Of a stretch of 64,000 nt of DNA, positions 53,269 to 64,000 are shown one piece after another; position 1 is the stretch's first letter, and each line of letters opens with the position of its first letter. The translations under genes and the position numbers were made by a program. This DNA is from Lama glama (Eukaryota). The notes under the pieces were generated by a model. The model had not been told where the DNA came from. It searched no databases and saw only the letters and a list, made by a program, of their open reading frames with translations. The stretch lies in contig CM052817.1 in assembly GCA_028534125.1 (NCBI GenBank), positions 13,270,001 to 13,334,000 of the forward strand, written 5' to 3'.

Positions 53269-53439
53269 TTTTTCTTTTTTTTCTTAATTGAAGTATGGTC
53301 AATTACAATGTGTCGATTTCTGGTGTATAGCACAATGTCCCAGTGATGAATATACATGCATATATTTGTTTTCATATTTTTTCATTAAAGATTATTACAA
53401 AATACTGAACAAAGTTCCCTGTGTTATACAGAAGAAATG
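53269..53439 (-). mobile_element. Very short LINE-1 3'-end insertion
   Basis: T-rich tail then attgaagtatggtcaattacaatgtgtcgatttctggtgtatagcac; TSD AAAATGTAAAG at 53258-53268 and 53440-53450. Confidence 0.85.
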
Positions 53440-55059
53440 AAAATGTAAAGATTTTCAATTTAGATATGGTGGCCTCCGCAAGATAGCCTTAATTTATCCT
53501 TCTGACCCTAACGGCCCATTAGTTGAGTTCTCTTTGCTTATAAAAATGTCTCCTCTTACAAACATGGCTCCCTAACTTCCTAGCCTACACTTTTTCTCTT
53601 AGTGCTCTCTAATTCTAAATATCAGCTCCCCTTCAATGCCATCTTGCCAAACCCTGCTTTCCAAGGCATATCCCAAGTATCTGCTGCTCCAGGAAGCCTA
53701 TACTGATTTGCTCAAAGTGGATTCATTTCTTTAGCAAATATGGCTCAGCATTGACTATGGCACCATGCAAAATAAATTAGACAAGGTTTAAGGCATTCAG
53801 TGTGGTAGAGGGGAACAGCCAAATCCTCATATTGGGTGAAATGTTTTTCCTTTGCATTCTCTCAGAGCAGGCCGTTTGTACCTCCATATTTCTTGGAAGT
53901 ACAATAAAACAATTTAATAATGAGGTCCAGAACCCTCCACTGGGTCAAATTCCGCACTCCCATATTCTTAGTTGTACTGTTAAGACCATGGCAAGCAGGG
54001 AAGGAGGTTCAGAGAACAGCCCTACAATCCAAGGCTTTCTTAGGTCAGGCTGAGTGTGGCGTCACCTGGCGGCAGTTACCTGCTTCAGCTTAAATATCAG
54101 TGTCAGTTGGCTCCTGGTTCTCCAGAAGAGGTTGCTGGCCATACTTTTTCTTGGGTTTGCCCTCCTCTCTAAAACCTTCCAAACCCCAAGAAGATAGGAA
54201 GTTTAGAAAATTGAGAGAAGAGGATGGGCAGAGGCTAGGAACCAGTAGTCACTCATGTGCCATCTGAATTTCCCTTGTAGGGGCTGTGCTGTCAGTGTAG
54301 GGTTTTGTCCATCTGACTGTTTGGCACTTACTGTTAACATTCCTTCCATGAAACTCTTAGGTCCCTAGAGGCAAGACCTCCAGTTTTTCAAGTCTGAGCC
54401 CCAGCACCTGCCTCAAAGTTGACATCAGGGCCACTTCTCTACAAACTCCATGGAAGTCATGTGCCTGAGGTCCCATGTGAATGAGACCCCAGCTCAGGGG
54501 TGCGGGACTGCGATGCCATGGCAGAGAATGGCATCCTGATAGTGTTAGGGTCAGAAAAGGCCGCAGAGGGAAGGTGCTGCTTGAGCTAAGTAGCATTGTC
54601 CTTTAAGTGACCCTCTGCCCCAAGGTGGGAGCAGTTTGAATCTTCTTTGTCATGTGTCCTGTTTTGTCATGTGTTTCATGTGTCTTTTACCCCCTAGATC
54701 ACAGAGAGCTCTGCTCTGTTCACTTTTTTTACACTGTCTCCTGGCATAGTAAGGATTTAGCAACTGTCAGTAGAGATGAGATCAAATGACTCAAGAACCT
54801 CATTTTTAATTTAGAAGAAAGTTTCGAATCTGACATGCATAGAAACATGACATTTACTACACTCCAATTCTCAGCTAGAGTTGGGGATTAAAATAGCTAC
54901 AACATAAAGTATTACAGCTTTACAAGTATATTTTGAAAGTCTCTTAATAAAAGAATAAGATGAATTTTGCTTAGACTTTATACCTAGAAACATGACTAAT
55001 CTGAAGTTAATTATAAATCGGAATTGATCAGTTTTTAAATGTTACTTTATGTGTATACT

Positions 55060-55245
55060 GCTTGTGCGCAAGCTTGGTGAATTTGTGAACCCGTTGGGGA
55101 ACTTATCTGGCCTCAGTTTTCTAATCTGTAGAATAGGTTATTAATAGTATTGACCTCACAGAGTCTCTGTTTAGGATAACATGAGGCAATTCATGTAAAT
55201 GGCTTAGCACAGCTCCCGCATACCATTAGGTGCAGAGATGCTATT
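55060..55245 (+). mobile_element. MIR fragment
   Basis: ggcctcagttttctaatctgtagaatagg...gacctcacagag...catgtaaatggcttagcacag matches the MIR core. Confidence 0.75.
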
Positions 55246-56008
55246 ATCTTGATGACGTTTCCTGTCACTACAACTGCCTGTGTGAGTAGGAACCAAAGCT
55301 CTGAAATGGAAAAATGTTAAAGGGACAGACATCTAATGACGTTCCAAATCAGCCCTGGGGAACGAGCTTTGTGCATTTTTATTATTTCATGCCCTTCTTA
55401 TCCTCTTGCCTTTGTACTGGTCCTTTACACTGAAATATCCTTTCCAACCTTTTCCACCTACTTGAATATAAGTATCTAAAAGTTCCGACTTCCTAAACTA
55501 CCAGTCTCCCAGAAAAGTTACCCTCTCTTCACAATCATCTTGTGAATTTTTCTACTGTAGCACTTCTAATGAAAATTATTTGTATGTATGAGTATATGTT
55601 AATCTCCTTTGCCAAAGGAGTTTTGGGGGCTAAAAATAATGTATTATTTGTATTTGGGTCCCCTGCACCTGGCATAATGATTGAGTCCTCAGTAAATCAT
55701 TGGTGAATGAAGGACGTGTTAGTCTACATTTTGGGTGTGCCTGCACCCCGTATAAACCTGTCTGCAGGTACAAGGAGACCTTGTAAAACCAGATGAGTGT
55801 TAACTCTAGTGACAGCTCACTAAATTGCAGTTGCACAGAATTCGGGAAAGTGGGAAATTGCCAATGTCTCCATTTTCTTCTAAATTTTTATCAATAAATC
55901 TATAGGCATTTTCTACTGCACATCACTTCGAATTATGTTCCCTTAGGAAATAACAGTACTTCTGTACTTGTGCGTGTGTGTGTGTGCTTTTGTGGTGTTG
56001 TTTTCCAG

Positions 56009-56172
56009 AGCAATTGGAGCCAACCCTCTTTACTGTGATTGTAACATGCAGTGGTTATCCGACTGGGTGAAGTCGGAATACAAAGAACCCGGAATTGCTC
56101 GCTGTGCTGGTCCCGGAGAAATGGCAGATAAACTATTGCTCACAACTCCCTCCAAAAAATTTACATGTCAAG
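56009..56172 (+). CDS. SLIT2: SLIT2 exon 26 (164 nt, D4 C-terminal cap)
   Basis: ttccag|AGCAATT...GTCAAG|gtatgg; [54 protein letters not shown](G). Confidence 0.97.
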
Positions 56173-57184
56173 GTATGGCTTTTAAGCATTTGTACTTCTG
56201 TAAATAAAAATCCATCATACTACTCTTAAGAAGAGAAAGAACACTGCGTGCCGCTAGGTTTCAAAGGCAGAGCCGAAAACCTCCCATCAGTGGTTGCCAC
56301 TTCCTCCCGTGCTTGGGGAAGACAGAGCCGTCACCTGAGGAGCCCAAGGAAAGAACTAGGCTTCTCAGATCAGTCGGGTGACAATCCTTTGGAAATTGAC
56401 TAAGTTGTCTTTAAAATATACGAGGAAATGAAAAGTACATGATTTCTGGAAATTCCTCTCATAGCCTCTAACAAGTCAAATGTTTTGCTTCCGCTTTGTC
56501 TGAACGTGGGCCCCGCTCCTAGGGCTGCCAGGGCCCTGTGGCTTCCCGATTCCAGGTAAGGAGACGTGAGCCCTCCCTGTGCTCAGGCCGGACCCTCCGA
56601 CTCACATCCTGTGTTACCCTCTTCCTCTGGGGACCGTGCTGTTCCTTGTGCACCTGTATCCCTCGCTTTCCCTTCGTTTTCCATACTTGTGAATGCCGAA
56701 CGGTGTCTCAGTAACAAATAGTTTCCCCGCCTATTACAGGAGTGATCTATGCCCAACATAGAAATCTCAAAGAATAGGGAAATGCAAACAATAAGAAACT
56801 TGAGAACCAAATTTAACAATGAATAACAATACCAAAAGAGAACCACTATTCCACTTGTTTTGTGTGTCTTTCCACTTCTAGTCAAATATATGGGTGGAAG
56901 TTCCTCCCCAAAAATGGGATAGAAGGTTAGCATCCTTAATTTTAGATGTTTGGAGACGACTGCTCTTACTTATTAGATAGAGGAGAGAAATTCTTGAAGA
57001 TTCTAAATGTATAATCAGCAAAGGTTTATTACACACGTTTTAGGCGTAAAACTAAACCATGGGTGTTGTGGAGCACGCAGATGTTTGCAAACCTAGCTGA
57101 AAAGGTAAGGTTTCCAAACTTGAATGTTTAGGCCGGAAGAACATTTCTAAACAGGTAATATTGCACATGGGTCACAGGGTGACG

Positions 57185-57350
57185 CCCAGCCTGGCTTAGC
57201 CGGGGCTACATCCCAGCCTCCCTTTCCACTGGTTGTGTAACTTACTAGCTTAATCAGCCTGTGTCTCAGTTTCCTCACGTACAGGCAGAGATGATGATAG
57301 AACGCACCTGAAAAGGTTTTGTGAAGATTAGATGAGTTATTATATGTAAA
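57185..57350 (+). mobile_element. MIR fragment, interrupted by the following L1
   Basis: ctgtgtctcagtttcctcac...ttttgtgaagattagatgagttattatatgtaaa. Confidence 0.7.
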
Positions 57351-57750
57351 CTAAAAAAAAAAAAAAGAAGATCTAAAATGAAAGAAAATGTCATTGTCAC
57401 AGAAACAGAGAATAGAATGGTACTTTCCAGGGGCTGGGAAAATGCGAAGACGTAGGTCAAAGGTACAAACTTTCAGTTATAAGAATAGTAAGTTCTGAGA
57501 ATCTAATGTGTGACACAGTGACGATAGTTAACAATATGATATCCTATACTTAAAAGTTGCTGAGAGTAAATCTTAAGCATTCTCCCTCCGTACACACAGA
57601 AGTTAACTACATGAGGTGATGGATGTGTTAATTATCTTGGGAGTGTTAATCATTCCACACTGTGGATGTATATCAAATCATCAAAGGTTGCACATTTGAA
57701 ATACACACAATTATATTTGCCAATTATTTTTCAATAAAGCTGGGGGAAAA
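57351..57750 (+). mobile_element. LINE-1 3' UTR fragment (L1MA9-like)
   Basis: cacagaaacagagaatagaatgg...ggtcaaaggtacaaactttcagttataag...tcaataaagctgggggaaaa. Confidence 0.82.
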
Positions 57751-59002
57751 GGATCAGTTTATTTAACATACATAAAACATGCTTGACTGCCTTACAATAA
57801 GCACTCATTATAGGTCAGCTGCCAAATTTTTATTATAACATTTCAAAACACCAACCAAAATATGATGTGGGACAACATGCCATGATTTATTGACAAAAGA
57901 AGGAAGTTTTAAAAACTATGTTCCCTCCTCCAAACATTTTAAGTGAGCATCTGATTTTTTTTTTTGTAGTTCTAAGTGGTTACAAGAGATGTAATTTGCA
58001 GTGTATTGTAAATATCAATATTTAAAACAAAACTCTTTCAATGTACTTTTAAATATGTTTGGTGGAATCTAAATATCACAGCTAATTTGGGGGAAAAAAA
58101 AACAAGATCTTCAATATTTTAAGTTGTTCTTTTTTCTCAAACTTCTATTTTTCTCCTTGAATTTTTATTTCCAGTACCTCAGAGAATTATATCATTCTTT
58201 GCTACCAAAAAGATGTATATAATTTGAATTTTTAAAATTCCCTACCACCAAAGATCTGTGAGTTTTAAATTTTTTCCTTAGAATTAATTATTGCCAGTAA
58301 TACTTGTGCAACATTGATTAGGACAACATAATTATTTATCAATATGTTAATATTTATTTTTAAAATTGAAATTAAAATTGTATTGGAAATGCCTTTCTGG
58401 GATTATGTGCATTGATTCCAAGAGCCTTTGCAAAAAACCAATGTTTTAAATTATTCTTTCGCAGCCACAGATGTTCCCCTGGGGCGGTGCCCCATGGTAA
58501 ATTTCTGGTGGGCTGAAAGGTGTATCATTTTTCTGTAAAGTGCAGATGATCGTCAGGGGGGAGCTAGGGGAGACCCTAACGTAAAAAGTTACTTGTAACC
58601 ATGTTATCGGGCAGATCGATTCTAGAAAGATCATATGGGCAAGTTGAGAGACTGCAGACTGATTCTGTTACACTTTCTGGACCCAGGCATACTCATACTC
58701 CGTCTTGAAGAATGCTGGTGTCTATCTGTAATTCTTAAAGCTTAGCATTCTGTGGAGATATTTCTTGAAAACAAAGTATTTTATGATAATGTAAGTTTGA
58801 GATATTCAAGATATTCTTCTTAGAGCATCATGGTTCTCATTAATTTAGTAAATGTTCCCAGAAGTACAACACATACATACACACATACATAAATGTCTAA
58901 CTTAAAATTTATCTCACTGATTTGACCTTATTTCATTAATCACATCTTATGTTCTTAGTGTAGCATGAATGGAAATACACTGGAAGGAAAATTGGTCTGG
59001 AT

Positions 59003-59195
59003 CAGTGTTGCCTGATAGAACTTTTTGCAAGGATAGAAAAATTCTGTTTTATGTGTTATCCAGTATGGTAGCTCTAGTCATGTGTGGTTATTGAAATGTA
59101 GCTACTGTGACTGAGGAAGTAAATTTTTAATTTTATTTAATTTAAATGTAAACTTAAAGTCATATGTGACTAGTGGCTACCATTGGACAGTGCAG
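59003..59195 (+). mobile_element. MER3-like hAT-Charlie non-autonomous DNA transposon
   Basis: cagtgttgcctgatagaactttttgc...gtgactgaggaagtaaatttttaattttattt...tagtggctaccattggacagtgcag is collinear with recalled MER3. Confidence 0.82.
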
Positions 59196-60583
59196 TATCC
59201 TGTAAGATCTCAGAGGGAGAAATCGTGTCTGAAGAGAGTGGCTGTAAAAGATTTCGTGCAAGAGTGTCTAGGTCAGCTGTCTGGACAAGTAGTCAAGTGT
59301 GAGGACAGCGCTCTAGGTGGGTGGACCTGCAGGAGCCGAGCTGTGATAAAGGAAAATGCTGGAACTGTGGCAGATTAGTTTAACATTCACTGAGTTATCA
59401 AATTAACATATCATATATATTTCAAGGTATACAGCATAGATGTAGACCAGTTGTCAAGAAGTGTAGACATTCAGAACTCAACAAATATAATGCAATTACA
59501 TTTAGCAAACTGTAAGACTGACTCAGTTTTTCTATAACTTAACGTAATTTTAGAGAGATGGCAAACACTGAAACTCACAGTGTTCTTTGCCAGCATTTCT
59601 CGGTGTTTGTCAAAATATTGTGAACCACTCTTACGTGCTTTGCTAGAAATATTTACTCGTCATAAATGGATTGGTAGAGGCAAAGTATTCTAATCTATTA
59701 ATTAAAATAATTAACTCTGGGAAATCTACTGAGTACTGTGTTTTTGAGCTTACATGCTTTATGAACTTGAAAGCAATAAATTGATGCTTCTCTAAATATT
59801 TTATAATTTGAGGGTTTTTTATATGTCAATTTAATTTTTTCCATAATTATGCCAGTTTAATATTTTATTTATTCATGAAAATCATGTAAGTACATACTCC
59901 TAAATATTAAAGTTTGTAAATATGTGATTTCAAATTACAGCAGGAAAATAAATAGTGCTTATTTGAAAACATGTTTACATAGCTATATTTAAATATAATT
60001 AAATATTTTCTCTACTAGAAAAGGCAATGCTATTATTTTGAGCAATTAATGCTTTCAATACAATTTTTTATCTTACATTTTTCATAGTATATTCTTTGTG
60101 GTATAATCTCATAGTTTCAGTGCACAACAGAAATAAATGAACTGGATGAAATAAATTGGCAGAGCATGTTTAATTAATACCAAGATTAGGGCATTCTTGA
60201 ATGGAAGCAGATGGTCATGACTTGTTGTTATAACCAAAATGCCATGTCCTCATCTTTTAACTATCAGATGAAATTAAAATGCTCAAGCAATCTGCAAAAA
60301 AATGGAGGCTTCTGCCCTCTCCAATTTTTCATTGAAAATGTCACTGTGGAATGTAGACTATTGTTAATTTCTAATATTCCCTTTATTGCTCTTGGTTTAG
60401 GAAGTTTTAGCTGTACAGGCAACTAAATTGTTCATTTTTAATTTGACAGACATTTATCAAACACTTAAATGTGTGAGCAATCTAATGGAAACAAATCAAA
60501 TGTTCCTTCTTTCATTCAACAACTATTAAATGATTGCCTGTTAGGTATCAGACATAGTCCTAAGGTATAAAGAATACAGTGCT

Positions 60584-60740
60584 GGAGGAAGGTATAGCTC
60601 ACGTGCTTAGCATTCATGAGGTCCTGGGTTCAATCCCCAGTACCTCCTCTAAAAATAAATAAACCTAATCACCCCCCTGCCAAAAAATAAAATAAAATAA
60701 AATAATACAATGATAAATAAATAAATAAAATTGTTTTAAA
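60584..60740 (+). mobile_element. tRNA-derived SINE, camelid type, inserted in an L2 remnant
   Basis: GGAGGAAGGTATAGCTCA...GTGCTTAGC...GAGGTCCTGGGTTCAATCCCCAGTACCTCC...AATAAACCTAATCACCCCCC plus an A-rich tail; same family as 11202-11321. Confidence 0.88.
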
Positions 60741-63700
60741 AAGAATGCAATATTAAATAGGGGGAAAATGCCTTCATGAAGCTTATATTCTGCTGATACA
60801 TACAGTTATTAAATAGATAATTTAAAAATAACATGGAAGTTTAGTGATAGAAATATATATATAGTGTTAATAAGTATATCAAAACCAAACAGCTGTGGAA
60901 TGATAACTGATACCACCAAGTCCATCAGGGCATCAAGAGATCTTACCGTGAGTCAAGTGGAATTGAGTCTGGAACACAAAAGAGAGGAAGCAGCCCAAAT
61001 GGGCAGGTGTCGGGTAGCCAGGAACCCCAGTGAGGAGGCAGAGATACGGTGCTCAGCATACTTCATTGCTTTATCGGTAAAGATCAGCTAAGGTATTGAG
61101 AAACCTGGGAACTTTCCATATCCTAGAATGATCAACATTCTACCCCAACATGGTTGATCTCTTTTGCTAATTTTGTAGGTTAAGAATCCTCTAGATTCTA
61201 GAATTTCTAGGAAAAATTCCACATCTCTTAGTTAATAATATTGTAATACTGTCATTTTTTTTTCAGTGAAATTGATGTCTTCCTTTTTGGGGGATGTTCT
61301 TGACAAGCCGAAGGCCTTTTGTTTTGTGTATCAAAATTATTGGTTAATATTGTCCTTAGTCACTTAACCAACGTATGAAAGTGATTGAATAATTCAGCCC
61401 AAACTGAAGTGATGAATAATTTAGTTAGAGCAGTTTTGAAGTAGTATTTAGAACGTGGTCAAGTCCTTTTCTCATTTTCAGATTCAGTATTGCTAGCACG
61501 TAGTTATAATTCTGAAATAACCTTAGCTCTAGGGGATTATGGTTTACTCACTGGCTAAAGAAAAATTCAGATTTCTACATAGTTAGGCACCATCTTTATA
61601 AACAAACAGGTTATTTTTCATTATACTTGTATTAAACTTAAAACACTGTGAAAATTTTAACAGACATTTATTTTAATAGGTGATGAGAACCAATGATTTT
61701 TTATTCTTAGATATGGTACGTCTATGTTCTCTCTAATGCAATAATTCTAAAAAATAATGATTGCTCTTTTTCGTTTATGTGTGACTCAAGAAGTTGATTT
61801 ACTGGCCCAGGTTTCTATGTGTATGTAGCAAATGACCAGGGGATACCAGAGGTGCATTACCCATCTTCGTGTTTTTGTTTAACCATTTATGTAATGCAAA
61901 TTTATAGGATTTTAATCCCCCATCACCTAAGGACCATGTCCTCCCCTCCTCCGAAACTACAGGGAGACCAATGGATTCCCTCTGGCCAATTTCAGTAGCT
62001 TCTTTTTGGCTTCTTTGTCCTCTTTACATCTTAGACAGTGGCCACAGCTCCTGCTTCTACATTCTCGTTGCCTCTTCTTCATCCCTTTGCTGGCATCTCT
62101 TTCTTATCCAGTCTTTAATACTGACATACGTGAGGTTCTCTCCTGAGCTCCATTAAACTAATTGATTTCAGCCCAGTAGCTTCAGATATCTAGCCATGAC
62201 TTTTCTTACAAACTTCAGGCTCATATTTCTATTCACTTAGTGAATTTCAGCCCCTTGCTGGCTTGCCAGAACCTTAAAACACATCTTCCAAAACGTGCAG
62301 TCCCATTTTCCACACGCTCTTGCGACGGTATTCTGTAGTTGATGCATGTGTCTCTACTGCTGAATTACTCGTTAGTTATGCTCAGTATCCCCTAATTTTT
62401 CCTCAGTTGCCTTTGATCTACGTCTGACTTTATACTAGAAGATTCTGTTATTTGACCCATATGTCCAAGGGACACCAGAATGAAGGCAGACCCTGGGATA
62501 TAGTTAGAAATTTCTGTTTGGAGCTTTCAGTAATAAATCAAAGTGAGATACGATTATCAGTGGGTGGCAACATTGGTGTCAGGTGCATCGCTAGTGATTT
62601 GAGTCAAGTAAGCAAGTCTGTCTACAAGTTTTAATGGATTTGAGGTCCAGCAGTTCTTCCATTATAGATTAAAGTAACTGACAGAGACAAATTGGTAACC
62701 AAACTTTCTGCTCATCTCCCCTTTGAATTATTAAGCTAAACACACCTCTAATCCATACAGCTGATGCTACAAGACTCTCTTAAATAAGGCCTAATCTTAA
62801 ATCAATCTAGGTATCCTAGACTGGCCTCCATCATTTCAATGTCGTTAGTAACATTTGTATCCATGAGGCTAGATTTCATTTCTCCTTTATGGCAAACATC
62901 TTTTGAGGGCTAATGTTGGCAGTGATTGAGCATTTCTTGGAACTGGTAAACATTTGGAAGGAGGAAAGTTAGAAGGCGGAAATTGTATCAGCCAGCAAGT
63001 GGTAGTCCCTTGCCAAGCAGCAATACAAGAGCAAAAAGAACCTCCCCTTCTTAGTTTTGTGCTGTTCTGTCTGGTGCTTGTCCATGCCAAGTTTACAAAT
63101 CACAGCTGCAGTCCTTAAAAACAAAATCATTAAATCTAGGTGTTGCTACCCAATGGGAAATTATCTCTCAGTGCCCTTTTCCACTCTCCCGTGTTTTTGA
63201 TAATAGTAACCCCGAGAGTTTTCCCAAATTTCAAAAGCTTCTGGCATAGACAGAAAGTACTCAGTGAGCTTGTAATGAATGAGTAGACATCAAGCTCGAA
63301 TTTGCCTTTGTGCTAAAGTTTGAACAAATGTGCAGAGGAAGACTTCCTTTCCTTTCTCCTTTTAGGTAAACCGCTCATGTCCTCCTAGCCCCCCGCCTTC
63401 TTTGGAGTCTAAGCAAGAATGTCAGAAGTTGCTGTGGCCTTTGTGCTTGCTCTCACTATAGTCTGTGCTCAAAATTCATTAGCATTTCATTTAATGCTTA
63501 AAGCAACCCAATGAAATGACCACCACTACTCTCTTGACTCCACACACTTAAGGAACACATCTAGCTCACTACCTTGGCCTGATTGACTTCGGATGCTCTG
63601 CCTAAGATTCTATGCATTATGATCAGAAACATGTCTGATTCTTGTTCCTGGGCACCTTCTTTTCATCTGGGGCTAATCGAGTGTGCAGAATTCCCTAAGT

Positions 63701-64000
63701 GTTGGTTTGCTTGTAGAGAGCTGCTCTAACTCTTCTACCATTTTATCATAACTTGATTTAGCATCTCCCTTTGGCTCTGATATCATCTCTTTGTTATAGA
63801 AACAGATTAAAGATGTGATTACCCTTGAATAAGAACTTTCAGGAGAGGATCTCAAAAAAGCATCCTGGATGGAAAATGAATCACAAATTGATGGCAAACA
63901 GAAGATGGAAGATAGACTTAGAAGAAAGGCAAAGTGTGGGTGGGAAGATGAATGAAAGAAGAGAGCCAGTTACAAGGGATACAGTTCCAAAGGGTTAGAG

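Larger units (their letters stand above)
1..64000 (+). other. SLIT2: SLIT2 transcription unit, partial (intron 9 to intron 26; both gene ends outside the window)
   Basis: 17 AG/GT-bounded exons join into one open frame, [16 protein letters not shown]...[14 protein letters not shown], matching Slit2 LRR domains D2-D4. The AKEQYFIP microexon and hosted miR-218-1 distinguish it from SLIT1/SLIT3. Exon numbers are recalled from the human gene. Confidence 0.97.

Noticed and set aside
60584..60650. tRNA-like sequence (also 11250-11321)
   Set aside because: SINE head with A/B boxes and an A-rich tail; no complete cloverleaf.
1..64000. CRISPR array, operon or other prokaryote-type system
   Set aside because: The sequence is mammalian intron/exon DNA with no regularly spaced repeat-spacer array.

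Overview
Mammalian genomic DNA, probably camelid (alpaca/camel), judged from a camelid-type tRNA-derived SINE and matching L1 3' ends. The whole window lies inside SLIT2 on the + strand. Seventeen GT-AG coding exons (1,811 nt; exons 10-26 by my recollection of human numbering) splice into one open frame. They encode most of LRR domain D2, all of D3 and D4, and the 24-nt AKEQYFIP microexon. The intron after the microexon hosts the intact miR-218-1 hairpin. The rest is intron containing L1, L2, MIR, SINE, MaLR LTR and DNA-transposon remnants, microsatellites and one 500-N gap inside a young L1. I found no new gene system; SLIT2/miR-218-1 is well known. The most unusual signal is a ~1.1 kb intronic CpG island (39630-40770). 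It appears to be built from an ancient MLT1 LTR and a MIR rewritten by strongly one-directional A/T-to-G/C substitution, as expected from GC-biased gene conversion. Repeat-family names and human comparisons are from memory, not database searches.
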